This document shows positions 1-10,566 of a stretch of 64,000 nucleotides of DNA, one piece after another. The notes below the pieces were generated by a model. That model was not told the DNA's origin. It ran no database searches and saw only the letters and a program-made list of their open reading frames with translations. This stretch comes from a virus. Location of the stretch: positions 1-64,000 of IMG/VR virus record IMGVR_UViG_3300017951_000010. One strand, given 5' to 3'. Both the position numbers and the translations under genes were made by a program. The number at the start of each line of letters is the position of its first letter. The stretch's first letter is position 1.

Positions 1-1
1 T

Positions 2-1000
2 ATCCTACCAGTAATCAGAAGGGTTATGCCAACTGTGATCGCTAACGAGATCGTAGGTGTACAACCAATGACTGGTCCTGTAGGACAAATCCACACATTA
101 AGAATAAGATATGCAGACACAGTTGCGTCAAACACGACAGCAGGTGAAGAAGCATTATCTCCATTCAAAATCGCGAAAGCATACTCTGGTAACCAGAACA
201 ACTCTACACCTAAAGGTGCATCAACTGCCTCTTTAGAGGGTACACCTGGTAAGAGATTATCAATCCAGATCTTGAAACAACCGGTTGAAGCGAAATCTAG
301 AAAACTTTCTGCTAGATGGACTTTTGAAGCGGCTCAAGATGCTCAAGCACAGCAAGGTATCGATGTAGAAGCAGAAATCATGGCGGCATTAGCTCAAGAG
401 ATTACTGCTGAGATCGACCAAGAGATCATCGGATCATTAAGAACATTAGCCGGTTCGGCAAGTTCAGGTACGTATGATCAATCTGCTGTATCTGGTACTG
501 CTACATTCGTTGGTGATGAACACGCGGCATTGGCTGTGTTGATCAACAGAGCGGCGAATGAAATCGCAACAAGAACAAGAAGAGGCGCTGGAAACTACGC
601 TGTAGTATCTCCAACTGCTTTAACTGTACTTCAATCAGCAACAACTTCAGCGTTCGCAAGATCAACTGAAGGTACATTCGAAGCACCAACAAACACTAAA
701 TTCGTTGGTACTTTAAACGGTGCTATGAGAGTATACGTTGACGCATACGCTTCTGACGGTACAGACGTACTTGTAGGTTACAAAGGTGCAAGTGAGGCAG
801 ACGCTCCAGCGTTCTATTGTCCTTACATTCCTTTAATGTCTTCAGGCGTTGTACTAGATCCTGCTACTTTCGAACCAGTTGTAGGTTTCCTAACTAGATA
901 CGGTTATGTTGAATTAACAAACACTGCATCTTCACTAGGTAACGCGGCTGACTACGTAAACACAGTAGGTGTAACAAACGGAAACTTAAAATTCGCGTAA
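2..1000 (+). CDS. gp23: Major capsid protein, T4 gp23-like (5'-truncated by window)
   Basis: Frame open from base 2 (ILPVIRRVMPTVIANEIVGVQPMTGP). gp23 motifs GVQPMTGP, AKSRKLSARWTFEAAQD, EITAEIDQEII, FYCPYIPL, TRYG. Confidence 0.96.
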   Translation: MLPVIRRVMPTVIANEIVGVQPMTGPVGQIHTLRIRYADTVASNTTAGEEALSPFKIAKAYSGNQNNSTPKGASTASLEGTPGKRLSIQILKQPVEAKSRKLSARWTFEAAQDAQAQQGIDVEAEIMAALAQEITAEIDQEIIGSLRTLAGSASSGTYDQSAVSGTATFVGDEHAALAVLINRAANEIATRTRRGAGNYAVVSPTALTVLQSATTSAFARSTEGTFEAPTNTKFVGTLNGAMRVYVDAYASDGTDVLVGYKGASEADAPAFYCPYIPLMSSGVVLDPATFEPVVGFLTRYGYVELTNTASSLGNAADYVNTVGVTNGNLKFA

Positions 1001-1016
1001 TCGAATTTTTATCAAG

Positions 1017-1045
1017 AAAGGGCGGCTTTATGTCGCCCTTTTTTT
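1017..1045 (+). terminator. Rho-independent terminator after capsid gene
   Basis: aaagggcggc-tttat-gtcgcccttt followed by a T run. Confidence 0.9.
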
Positions 1046-1193
1046 GTGGCTGTGCTTTCAATAAGCACTCACATATAATTTTTTTCCACCTTCATACCGT
1101 TCACAGACCAAATGTTATAGTTTTACTCTTGTTGCACACTTCTAAATAATTCGAAGGTTCATTAGAATCTTTTAACATCAAGGGAGGTCCAAC

Positions 1194-1427
1194 ATGGATA
1201 TCATGATGAAAATAAAAGGATGGGCGAAAGGAATCGCTGACGTGGGAGTTAGTCTTATCGCGTTGGGGATCGTTTTAGAAATCCTTTTCAATGGTCAAGG
1301 TATTCCGTTCTGGCCAAACGTTTCTGTGATAGGAAACGTCCAGGGCGTACTGCAAGGGTTCTCAGATCAAGGTCTGATCGGACTTGTGGCAGTTTGGATT
1401 TTATATCATATCTACAACAGAAAATAA
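1194..1427 (+). CDS. Small two-TM membrane protein
   Basis: Strong SD (gggagg), TAAATA at 1143, two hydrophobic segments, own terminator. Confidence 0.8.
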   Translation: MDIMMKIKGWAKGIADVGVSLIALGIVLEILFNGQGIPFWPNVSVIGNVQGVLQGFSDQGLIGLVAVWILYHIYNRK

Positions 1428-1456
1428 TATAAAAATCTAGAAATACTGTAACCTCA

Positions 1457-1500
1457 CGGAGTGGTGTGACTGAATTCTTTTTTTCACACCACTCCGTTTT
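1457..1500 (+). terminator. Terminator-like hairpin
   Basis: 14-bp perfect stem acggagtggtgtga / tcacaccactccgt then ttt. Confidence 0.75.
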
Positions 1501-1529
1501 AAGCGCAGATTTTACTTCAAAAAATTTGG

Positions 1530-1637
1530 TAAATACCTCTAGTTCAAACGTGCTTTTGCACAAAGCAAAAGACTTATGCGGATAACCACCGCGTAGCCAG
1601 GAGAACTGGCATTGGACTCCTTTAAAGGAGAAAAAAA
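1530..1637 (+). promoter_or_regulatory. Late promoter TAAATA plus structured 5' leader
   Basis: TAAATA 1530-1535, then four consecutive hairpins; the last could pair the SD (ctcc...ggag). Confidence 0.6.
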
Positions 1638-2060
1638 ATGGGAAGACCAATAAGAAAAGACAAAATGGTTAGCGGAGCGAATGACTTCGGTGGCGACCTT
1701 TCAGGAAAAATAGCAGTGACGGCTTACAGACCATCAGGTGGTGCTAAAGTTGATTCAACTACTGCTTACATTGTTTCACAAAGAGGATCTAAGTTGTTCA
1801 AAATACACTTGGAAGACTCTACTGAAGCAGTATACGAACTGAAAGCGGTTGCTCCAGGTTCATTAGCAAACTCATCTAACCAATTTTGTGTTCAAGTTAT
1901 ATTAGATGACTCAACGGTTGCATATGTTGAAAAGTTTTACAACAGAACGATTCACTATGTGACAGACGCTGGTGTGACAGGAAATGCACCATACACGCTT
2001 AAAGCAGAAGGTACTGACGAAGGTCAAGATTCTGGTAAAGCGAACATTGACGTTAGATAA
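1638..2060 (+). CDS. Putative virion structural protein
   Basis: SD aaggag, late promoter, position after capsid gene. Confidence 0.7.
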   Translation: MGRPIRKDKMVSGANDFGGDLSGKIAVTAYRPSGGAKVDSTTAYIVSQRGSKLFKIHLEDSTEAVYELKAVAPGSLANSSNQFCVQVILDDSTVAYVEKFYNRTIHYVTDAGVTGNAPYTLKAEGTDEGQDSGKANIDVR

Positions 2061-2079
2061 TCATAACGATCACGTGCTT

Positions 2080-2120
2080 ATTTGGGGGAGTTACACGCTC
2101 CCCCAAATCTTTTATAAATA
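2080..2120 (+). terminator. Hairpin terminator followed by TATAAATA late promoter
   Basis: atttgggggag/ctcccccaaat stem; TATAAATA at 2113-2120. Confidence 0.75.
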
Positions 2121-2127
2121 CTAACAA

Positions 2128-2964
2128 ATGGCTAAAACTCTTAGAACTTCAGCGGACTACAACATCAAGGCAGGGTCCGGTGCGGGTGGTACAAACGACA
2201 TTATCCTCGACTCGAGAGCGGTAGTGGTCAAAGGAAACCTGGATATTGAGGGCACACAGACAGTAATCGACACGACCACACTTGCTGTTTCGGATCCTGT
2301 GATAGTGCTCAGCAGAAACAACTCTACACCGAGTGACATAGACGCAGGTATATTAGTGAACAGGGGTGCGGCCAACAATGCGGCCATATATTGGAATGAA
2401 GGCGATGACGTTTTCAAGGCAGTGACTACCACTTCAGATGGCACCGGCTCATCAATCACAGATACGGCACTGGCCAACATAAGGGCGGCGGAACCAAGCA
2501 ACACATCAGATGTCGCGACAAAAAACTATGTTGACAACACAGTTGGTGGTGGTTTCAGTCTTAAAGTGGCAGGTGACGATTCTGCACAGGTAACAGTTGG
2601 TACAGGTAACACTTTGCAATTTTCAGGCGCCAACGGTATTACTACAGCCGCCACGGAACCAGACACCGTTACAGTGACGCTGGACCCAGACTTGACAAAT
2701 ATCACATCTATTACCAGTGATTCCTCTAATGGCGATTTGACCCTGATCACGAACGGTACAGGCGATGTGGTGATAAATGACACATTAACTTTTTCTGGTG
2801 CGGCAAGCACACCAGCGGCATCCACAGTAACAAAATTATACAACAAGACAGCAGGCGGTGGAGGCACTGGCCTGTATTTCATCAACTCAAACATCAGTTC
2901 AGGCACAGAGGGAGAACTGATAAGTAAAAAGAAAGCAACGGCTTTGGCCATTGCATTAGGATAA
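2128..2964 (+). CDS. Virion appendage/fiber-like protein
   Basis: G/S/T-rich; GNLDIEGT..DPVIVL and DVATKNYVD modules shared with other fiber genes here. Confidence 0.75.
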   Translation: MAKTLRTSADYNIKAGSGAGGTNDIILDSRAVVVKGNLDIEGTQTVIDTTTLAVSDPVIVLSRNNSTPSDIDAGILVNRGAANNAAIYWNEGDDVFKAVTTTSDGTGSSITDTALANIRAAEPSNTSDVATKNYVDNTVGGGFSLKVAGDDSAQVTVGTGNTLQFSGANGITTAATEPDTVTVTLDPDLTNITSITSDSSNGDLTLITNGTGDVVINDTLTFSGAASTPAASTVTKLYNKTAGGGGTGLYFINSNISSGTEGELISKKKATALAIALG

Positions 2965-2967
2965 AAT

Positions 2968-3297
2968 ATGGCAATTACACAAAGAACAGCACCAACAACT
3001 ATTACGCCACTGGATCATGCATTTGAAGCCACGGCTGACACGGCTGTGACGTCAATACATCTCTGCAACATCACAAGTTCAGATGCCACAATCGACGTAT
3101 ATCTTTTGCCAAATGACGGTTCAACAACCGTGCCAACAGAGAACAACAAGATTTACAACTCACTGACAATACAGGCGACTGATAGTTACATCATCGACAC
3201 TGAGAAAATGATACTCGGAAACGGTGACAAGATATATGTGCAGAACGCTGACTCAACAGGACAAGTAATAGTAACAGTATCAACGATAGGATTGTAA
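2968..3297 (+). CDS. Small putative virion structural protein
   Basis: Beta-rich 109 aa in structural operon. Confidence 0.7.
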   Translation: MAITQRTAPTTITPLDHAFEATADTAVTSIHLCNITSSDATIDVYLLPNDGSTTVPTENNKIYNSLTIQATDSYIIDTEKMILGNGDKIYVQNADSTGQVIVTVSTIGL

Positions 3298-3301
3298 TAC
3301 C

Positions 3302-3769
3302 ATGGGAAGGTTCGTTAAAAACAGAGAACTAGAACACGGTGCTACTTCGGTAGAGATACCACAAGTGTCAACTGCCAACAGACCCACAGGCCAAGACGGT
3401 CAGATAATATTCAACACAACCACATCAACTTATCAAGGTTACATTGGATCGCAATGGTACAACATATCAAGTGCGGCTGGAGAGAAGACTTTGACTGTGG
3501 ACAAGTTCCAGGGAGACGGATCAACGACTGTGTTCGGCAATGGTTCGGGTAACACGCTTGACGGATCGACAGCGGCGACACTGTCAACAACACCAACAGA
3601 TGCCACCGACATGGCAATATTCATTGGCGGAGTGTACCAAGTGCCAGGCACTAACTACACTTACTCGGGAGGCGCTGTGACATTTGGTTCTGCACCACCT
3701 GCCAATAACGGAGTAGACAGTGCCCACATTATCGCAATTATTCACAACCTTCACAAGTTGGGCGAATAA
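3302..3769 (+). CDS. Virion structural protein
   Basis: TANRP..GQIIFNTTT and FQGDGSTT..GGVYQVP..NY modules shared with 8546 and 10567 genes. Confidence 0.75.
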   Translation: MGRFVKNRELEHGATSVEIPQVSTANRPTGQDGQIIFNTTTSTYQGYIGSQWYNISSAAGEKTLTVDKFQGDGSTTVFGNGSGNTLDGSTAATLSTTPTDATDMAIFIGGVYQVPGTNYTYSGGAVTFGSAPPANNGVDSAHIIAIIHNLHKLGE

Positions 3770-3917
3770 ATTCTATAAATTCAAAATCAAGATAATCAAA
3801 AGATATCCTGTCCCTTGCGCCATCATTGCTTTACTAGAAGGCATAATAATTGGTATAATCATATACCATTACTTCTTTCAGACCAGATTCAGTTGTTGTT
3901 TTGAATTAGGATATTAG
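3720..3917 (+). CDS. Possible small membrane protein; start uncertain
   Basis: Fills gap 3770-3905 with a TM-like stretch (AIIALLEGIIIGIIIYHYFF); no clean ATG. Confidence 0.35.
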   Translation: MPTLSQLFTTFTSWANKFYKFKIKIIKRYPVPCAIIALLEGIIIGIIIYHYFFQTRFSCCFELGY

Positions 3918-4772
3918 TCCAAACGGACGCCACGAACCGGGCGTTCCTCCTTTTATACATACCCAACCAACAGGTTGGTTTATTTCTGGCATGTCGTTCC
4001 AGACAACAGATCCAGTTTCCCATCTTCCCTGGCCTGGATAGCTCTTTCCTGATGCGAATGTCTTGTCACCAAACCTAATGTTACCAGACACATGCAGGCT
4101 CTCTTGCGGGTTCTTGACTCCGATACCCACTTGTCCCCACACATTCATCTTTACGTAGCGTCCGTCCTCACTGCCGATTGCCACATCGCCGTTTGATTTA
4201 CAAACAATTCTTGCTGTGTCGTCGGTTCCTATTGCAAACGGCACAGGCGCATGAGTGCCAACGAATGCATTTCTCTCTTGCATTCTAGTGATCACTTCGT
4301 ACCCTCCAACGTTGACTGAAAAATCAGCAGACGGTGCCTCTGTGTTGATTCCTACACGCTGTTGATTTGCAAAAAATGTCTTGTCTACCTGTAATTTTTT
4401 TAAAACTCCAACCTCAGTAAGACTGCTTTTTTGCACACTTTTACCTAGTGTATGCTTCCAAATCACTTCGTTATGATCTATCATTATGGCATCTTTTACA
4501 TTCAGTTTAGGAACCTCCGCCTCAACATACTTGAGGTTTTCTACGGTAACTGTGCCCTTGACAACTAGGTCCTTTTCGATTTCTACCTTGTCATTTCTCA
4601 CTGTGATTTGTACAGAATCTGCCTTGTCCTTTATGCCTTCACTGCTGAAATTCGTAATTTTTCCACCATGGATTGCATCACCGCTGACAGAGTTTTCATA
4701 CACGTCGACCTGTTGCACATCAACACGTTTTTCAGAAATTTTTTCTATTTTACTGATAGGTAATAGTGCCAT
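3906..4772 (-). CDS. Fiber/spike-related protein (start revised to MALLPISK)
   Basis: VGINT/VGIG repeats, C-terminal GWVC..GGTPGSW motif; minus-strand TAAATA 8 nt before ATG 4772. Confidence 0.65.
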   Translation of the reverse strand: MALLPISKIEKISEKRVDVQQVDVYENSVSGDAIHGGKITNFSSEGIKDKADSVQITVRNDKVEIEKDLVVKGTVTVENLKYVEAEVPKLNVKDAIMIDHNEVIWKHTLGKSVQKSSLTEVGVLKKLQVDKTFFANQQRVGINTEAPSADFSVNVGGYEVITRMQERNAFVGTHAPVPFAIGTDDTARIVCKSNGDVAIGSEDGRYVKMNVWGQVGIGVKNPQESLHVSGNIRFGDKTFASGKSYPGQGRWETGSVVWNDMPEINQPVGWVCIKGGTPGSWRPFGLIS

Positions 4773-4835
4773 ATTAAGAATATTTATGGTAGGAAGAGAC
4801 TCGTATGATAATTTGGTAAATACCATTGTAGTATT

Positions 4836-7800
4836 ATGGCAATAAACAGAATCAGTGGTGATATATTAGAATCGAACCTTTTGCGTTCGACAGACATAGC
4901 ATTTCAGACAGATTTACTCTACATAGATGTAGTAAATGACAGGATTGGTGTAAGCACAAACAGTCCAGGTAATTTTAAACTTGATGTCAACGGCAACATG
5001 CGTGTGCAGGGCAACCAGACCATCACTGGTGACCTAACTGTACAGGGCACAACCACTACCATAGACTCACAGAATTTAGTCGTCGAAGACAACATCATAT
5101 CCATCAACGAGAACAACTCCACTGCCACTGACGCAGGTATAATGATACAACGTGCCGGCGCCGACGAAGCGGTACTTTACTGGGACGAGACGCTGGACAA
5201 GTTCAGATTCGGTACCACGCCCGAGGATGGTTCTACAAAGACAGATTTCACAAACGTGACACTGGCAAACATACAGGCGGCATCACCGGTCGCCAACGAT
5301 GACGTCACCACAAAGCAATATGTGGACAACGAGATTGCTTCTGTTTCGTCAGGCGGTGTTACGGGGGACAACGTTGAACTGCGACTGCCAACAGACTCAA
5401 CGTTCGGTGACGGAGCATACCTAGGACTTGCATCAGACACCACAGTGACCAACGCCATAGATGAACTAAACGAAGTGATAGGAAACGTGCAGGCGGGCAC
5501 CTATATCAAATCGGTTTCATTCGTTTCTGACGCGACATCAATCAGTTTAGGAGACACTGTCACACTCACAATCACAACCACGCCTACCGCAGGTGCCAAC
5601 ACAAGATACACGATCACGTGGGGTGACGGAGATGAGACAACGGCAACAACTGACTCTACACCAAGCCACACATACAACGCAAATTCTGGATCACCATACA
5701 CAGTGGTGGTGAAAGCGTTCGAAAATGACGCGGGCACAACAGATTCGGCTGGCAGTTTCGCTACATCAACGAGATCGAATTACATAACTGTGGCAACGGC
5801 AGAACCGGTGCCATCGTTCGCGATGTACGCCGCGGCATCAGGTGGTTCACCTATAACGACTGCGGACACAGGCGACACTGTGTACCTACAGAATAATACC
5901 ACAAACACTGGCGGAGCAACAGTAACCTATGATGTAGATTGGGGAGATGGTTCGGAAAACGCCATAAGCGGTGATGGTGTCGCGGGAGGCTCCAGTCTCA
6001 ATGGTGGTTCACGTCTGGCACACACCTACACCAACGCATCTGGAGATGACGGGAGTACAGTTGCAGGCACAGGCGCGGGTGACACCAAGTATTCTATCAG
6101 GTTGAGACTGTTGACACACTCAACTGCGGATCCTGCCGTTATACCTGCGACTACATCGAGCAATTTCGAGGTGTACTCAGAACACACTCCTCTATATTCG
6201 GTCGCAGACTCAACCATAAGGGGAGTCAACGAAGAAGCCACAAGCGGATTCCCTGTGACATTCACTAACAACACGGCGACAAATCCAGGAAGCAATACAG
6301 ACTTCTCTGCAACGCAGACTTACACCTGGAACTTCGGCGAAGGTGATTCGAACACGGTCGTAAACATAGGTTCAGGAGGATCTGGCGACACCGGACAGAC
6401 TATTGCAAACACTTTTAACTTGACGTCGGGACAACAGTCAGGCGGTACCACAAGAACATTTACAACCTCATTAACACTGGCAAATGGACATACAAATTCA
6501 ACTTTTTCTACTAATCTCAATATAATTGTTGAACCAGACGTGAGAGCAAACATTGCCGGCACGGCAATCACGGTCTCAACAGGTTCTGGAGACAACAGTC
6601 TGTCATTGTATGATGCCACTGACCTAGATGGCAATGACAGAGCAATCGCAAGATTCACGAACACTTCCCAAAATGCTTCAAGTTATGAGTATGATTTCTT
6701 CGATGACTCCAGCTCTATAACAACAGTGGCAGAAGATGGTTCAACAGCAGGAACGATAGGTGCAACTCTTGACAAGGACTACTCAGGTACATCCGTCGGC
6801 AACATCAATTTCAGATTTAGAGCCTCAGGCACACCAGACACAATAGCACAAGATGATGAAGAAACTATCACTTTTGCTATGAAATCTACACCAAGCGCAC
6901 CAAATGGACTCAGCAGTTTCAGTTTGACAATGGCAGATGCCGCGCAGGGAACTAACCCACACCTGTGTGCGGGTTTCGATGACAACACCTCAACAGCAGA
7001 CACGCTGACAGCGGGCGCAAGCCTAGAATCTACAACTGCAAGAAGATACACAACTACAACTACACTAGACACAAATGTCATAGATGGCTTTTTAGTTAAT
7101 GATTCAAACGGAACAGGTGCAACTGTGAACCAGACAGTGACGGCATCAATCAACGCCAGCGCCAGTGGTGCAAGGACATTCACAACCACGGAAGGTGGCG
7201 CAAACAACGGCACGTTCACCAAACTTGTGACGTCGGATCACAAGGACTATGACGAAGTAGACAGTTCATACCCACAGAGATTATACCTGGTTGCTGATGC
7301 CAAAATTACACAGGCACTTGCAGACTACACAGTGGGAGTCAACGCACAGAGACTAGAAAGCAGTGCTGGCGGTAACACCAACTACGTACACGTGGTCAAA
7401 GATGACATCACCGCAACACCTACAACCACAATTGGTACAATAGCAGAAGGCACAGGCGGAAGTAAACGATATGTGTCTGGAGTTCCGTACTATAACACAG
7501 GTTCACCAACTGTGACAGTCACAGGCACCACAGTTGGCGACTTCACAGGACAGGCATACCAAGACACTGCCTCGCCTCATGAGTACGGTGGTGGTACAAA
7601 CCAAGAATCAACAACAGGAGAGGTTTTAGTATCTGATCCAACAACATTTACATATGCACAGATTGATGGCGCAAGTAGTATGTTGACGGGCGGAATACCT
7701 AACACAGATGTTGGTGTAAGTTCAGCATACACGTTAGGTACATTAACGCTTCCAATTGGGCCAAGTTCAACAAAAACAGTCAAAACAATTGGTGCGAAAA

Positions 7801-8546
7801 GTAGAAACGCCAATGGGGACGAAAGTTCTTATGACGAAGACACAACAAAAATTCAAGTGTATACCGCTACACCAACTTTATTAGATAAAGAAGATGGTGG
7901 TATAACTGTATCAGATTCTTTAGGCGCCGGCTTCGATGACGACGCCGTGAGGATAAGCGGATTTGGTTCGCTGTCAGGTGACACACCGTCACTAAATGAT
8001 TCTTCAAATGCCAACTACTACACGGATCACGCATGGTCAGGTGCAGTCACTGTGGCAGGAACCAATGAAGCGATTTCAAGATTTGGAACGATAAAACACT
8101 TCACAACCGACCTGAGCTCAGGTTACCTACCTGCAGGACCAGACCTAAACACAGGTAGGTCAGGTGCACAGTATTTCAACTTTGCTTTCAGAAGAACCTT
8201 AATGAACACCTTTACAATAAGACTATCTGGAAAAGTGTCAGGCGTGTTCATCGCCGCACCAGGCACTGATATAGACTCTGCATCTGGACTGAATGGTTGG
8301 CTGACTGCAAGTGAAACTTATGCAGGTTCTGGAGTCCCAGGTTCGGACACAGGCAATGGCGGTAATGGCTCCGATGGTTGTGCTTCATCACCTGGTGATA
8401 GGATCGTTGATAACACAACTTATTCGAATCAAACTTTCGAAATGAACCTAGGTACACAAAACGCTTCAAATGCCACAGGCAACAATATATTGATCAGGAT
8501 AAAATTAGAATCAGGGGATAGTGTTACAGCACTGAGTATTGAATAA
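4836..8546 (+). CDS. Large virion protein with PKD/Ig-like repeats
   Basis: MAINRISG N-module; ITWGDG, VDWGDG, WNFGEG PKD-type motifs; 1236 aa, T/S/G-rich; TAAATA 4817. Confidence 0.8.
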   Translation: MAINRISGDILESNLLRSTDIAFQTDLLYIDVVNDRIGVSTNSPGNFKLDVNGNMRVQGNQTITGDLTVQGTTTTIDSQNLVVEDNIISINENNSTATDAGIMIQRAGADEAVLYWDETLDKFRFGTTPEDGSTKTDFTNVTLANIQAASPVANDDVTTKQYVDNEIASVSSGGVTGDNVELRLPTDSTFGDGAYLGLASDTTVTNAIDELNEVIGNVQAGTYIKSVSFVSDATSISLGDTVTLTITTTPTAGANTRYTITWGDGDETTATTDSTPSHTYNANSGSPYTVVVKAFENDAGTTDSAGSFATSTRSNYITVATAEPVPSFAMYAAASGGSPITTADTGDTVYLQNNTTNTGGATVTYDVDWGDGSENAISGDGVAGGSSLNGGSRLAHTYTNASGDDGSTVAGTGAGDTKYSIRLRLLTHSTADPAVIPATTSSNFEVYSEHTPLYSVADSTIRGVNEEATSGFPVTFTNNTATNPGSNTDFSATQTYTWNFGEGDSNTVVNIGSGGSGDTGQTIANTFNLTSGQQSGGTTRTFTTSLTLANGHTNSTFSTNLNIIVEPDVRANIAGTAITVSTGSGDNSLSLYDATDLDGNDRAIARFTNTSQNASSYEYDFFDDSSSITTVAEDGSTAGTIGATLDKDYSGTSVGNINFRFRASGTPDTIAQDDEETITFAMKSTPSAPNGLSSFSLTMADAAQGTNPHLCAGFDDNTSTADTLTAGASLESTTARRYTTTTTLDTNVIDGFLVNDSNGTGATVNQTVTASINASASGARTFTTTEGGANNGTFTKLVTSDHKDYDEVDSSYPQRLYLVADAKITQALADYTVGVNAQRLESSAGGNTNYVHVVKDDITATPTTTIGTIAEGTGGSKRYVSGVPYYNTGSPTVTVTGTTVGDFTGQAYQDTASPHEYGGGTNQESTTGEVLVSDPTTFTYAQIDGASSMLTGGIPNTDVGVSSAYTLGTLTLPIGPSSTKTVKTIGAKSRNANGDESSYDEDTTKIQVYTATPTLLDKEDGGITVSDSLGAGFDDDAVRISGFGSLSGDTPSLNDSSNANYYTDHAWSGAVTVAGTNEAISRFGTIKHFTTDLSSGYLPAGPDLNTGRSGAQYFNFAFRRTLMNTFTIRLSGKVSGVFIAAPGTDIDSASGLNGWLTASETYAGSGVPGSDTGNGGNGSDGCASSPGDRIVDNTTYSNQTFEMNLGTQNASNATGNNILIRIKLESGDSVTALSIE

Positions 8547-9592
8547 TGGCAATAACAGACGCAAAAAAAGTAGATTATCTTTGGAAGAAACTTGGATATG
8601 GTGTATCAAAAACGGACACGAATGCGGCCAAGAAAGCACCCAACGAAGCCATTGCTTCACCTTTACTGCTAAGGGGTGACAACACATGGAACCAAGCGTC
8701 AAGCATTCCTGGAGTGATGCCGGCATCCAGTGCCGGAGTTGTTACAGTTTATCCAACCACGAACCCAATTGAAACCACAAACGATAACACGGCGGCGGCC
8801 AACAGGACATGGAAAACTGGAGTCACGGACTGGATACCACCCGAGATTGGATCCACGTATCAAGCAAAAGTTTACATACACACTGCCAGTGATGCCGGCA
8901 ATGCCGCTTCAGGTGGTTCACAAGTTTTTGCTGTGGGTTCAAGTGCGTCTAACAACGATGAATGGTTCTTCGACTACCAGTCTGGAGTGCTACACTTCAT
9001 AGGCACTAATCTGCCTAATGGAATCGACTTCACGGGCAAGTCGGTGTACATATCAGGTGCGAGATACACGGGCACTAAAGGACTACAGAACCTATCAACT
9101 ACAACAGGAAACACAGAATTCGTCACTAACAATATAGGAAACATAGTGACCAATGCGGACATGACGTTCACCACACAGGGGACGGGATTGTTCGACTTCA
9201 ACACGACGACGGGTGTGGTCGTTCCGACAGGAACAACTGCGGAGAGACCATCGGCGCAGGAAGGTATCATACGCTTTAATACTACAACAGGCAAATATGA
9301 AGTCTCCCTGGACGGTTCGACCTATACCGCGTTGCGTACAGAGGCCGCGGCATCGAGCATAACGAAAGACGTGTTCACTGGTGATGGATCATCAACGCAG
9401 TTCACAATGACAACCACACCCACAGCGGCCAACAACATAATAGTGTACGTGGATGGCGTGATGCAGGAGCCCACGCAGAACTACACCATCTCAGGTGACA
9501 CCATGAGCTTCACTGGTGGTAGTGATGGATCATCTATCGAGGCTCCACACGATGGTGCACGTATCGTTATCATGCACGGCTTTGCTGATTAA
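8546..9592 (+). CDS. Virion structural protein
   Basis: Coupled by TAATG; PTGTTAERP..IRFNTTT and FTGDGS..VDGVMQEP modules. Confidence 0.75.
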   Translation: MAITDAKKVDYLWKKLGYGVSKTDTNAAKKAPNEAIASPLLLRGDNTWNQASSIPGVMPASSAGVVTVYPTTNPIETTNDNTAAANRTWKTGVTDWIPPEIGSTYQAKVYIHTASDAGNAASGGSQVFAVGSSASNNDEWFFDYQSGVLHFIGTNLPNGIDFTGKSVYISGARYTGTKGLQNLSTTTGNTEFVTNNIGNIVTNADMTFTTQGTGLFDFNTTTGVVVPTGTTAERPSAQEGIIRFNTTTGKYEVSLDGSTYTALRTEAAASSITKDVFTGDGSSTQFTMTTTPTAANNIIVYVDGVMQEPTQNYTISGDTMSFTGGSDGSSIEAPHDGARIVIMHGFAD

Positions 9593-9945
9593 TCTACTAC
9601 TATACCCTTGGGTGTGTACAACAATCTATGCTTTATGTACTTTTGCGAGAAGATGTTGTAACGGCCGATTGAACGTTCAATTTCGTATCCTATCGTTGCC
9701 TGCTCAAGGATGAAATTGTAGGCGTCTGGTCCCGAAGTGAAGCCAACGTTAAACCCTTGCATGTCATACTCGTCGCTGATCTTAAACAAATCACTGCATG
9801 ACGCTTTACAAAAGTTTTCAATTTTGCTTCTCAATCCGTTCATGGTCTGCACTATGTCCGGCCTGTCCTTGAGTATTTTCAAATCTCTGTTCTTGCAGTG
9901 AGGTGGCCATTTTACTTTGACTATATAATTTAGGTTATCCGTCAT
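9589..9945 (-). CDS. Hypothetical protein (start revised to MTDNLNY)
   Basis: ATGA overlap with the upstream minus-strand gene. Confidence 0.6.
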   Translation of the reverse strand: MTDNLNYIVKVKWPPHCKNRDLKILKDRPDIVQTMNGLRSKIENFCKASCSDLFKISDEYDMQGFNVGFTSGPDAYNFILEQATIGYEIERSIGRYNIFSQKYIKHRLLYTPKGIVVD

Positions 9946-10472
9946 TGTTTCAATTGCTCCATGTCCTTGAACAGCACACACTCTGCATTTGAACAGTAGT
10001 CCAGTTGCTTGGTCTTTGGTGGATTGCACAGGAAGTAAAATTTTAACGTTGGGTGTAACATTATTATAGATCTAAGATCTTTCAACACCTTGGGATTTTG
10101 GATGTTGTAACCCACTAACATCACGCTCTTGTTAGCCAGTCCGATCGCTGACAGCAACGTCAGTGTTTGATCGTCTGTGTTTACATCTAATGTGAGATTA
10201 AACTGCGGTGATATTGGCGGAAAACTGTGCACCTTGTCATAAAACACATATTTTTTGTAAAGATCTGGCGTTGTCACACATTCTACCGGTGAAGGTCTCT
10301 GTTGCAGAAACCAAAGAAGATCTGGTTCTTGTCTGGTCCAGACGTAGTCGATGTGTTTAAAATTCAGTTTTTTATTAGTGACACTGATAACCGGCCCGTA
10401 TTCGCGCAATTCCTGTGGTGACATTTTTATGGAGTTCGTGCCCAAAATTGTGATATAGTCGTGTTTTTTCAT
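9942..10472 (-). CDS. Hypothetical protein, possibly degenerate Maf/GT42-like Rossmann fold
   Basis: ITILGT..VISVTN..VMLVGYN pattern echoes the 49425 gene; minus-strand TAAATA 10485-10490. Confidence 0.55.
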   Translation of the reverse strand: MKKHDYITILGTNSIKMSPQELREYGPVISVTNKKLNFKHIDYVWTRQEPDLLWFLQQRPSPVECVTTPDLYKKYVFYDKVHSFPPISPQFNLTLDVNTDDQTLTLLSAIGLANKSVMLVGYNIQNPKVLKDLRSIIMLHPTLKFYFLCNPPKTKQLDYCSNAECVLFKDMEQLKQ

Positions 10473-10566
10473 CGTGATTGTCGGTATTTAACACCCATTA
10501 TACAGTGTAATGCGGTAAATATCAATAGTTTTGCAAAACAAATATTATCGATAAGGGGAAAACAAA

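Noticed and set aside
1288-1650. 120-aa minus-strand ORF
   Set aside because: Spans a terminator, promoter and structured leader of plus-strand genes; no protein-like features.
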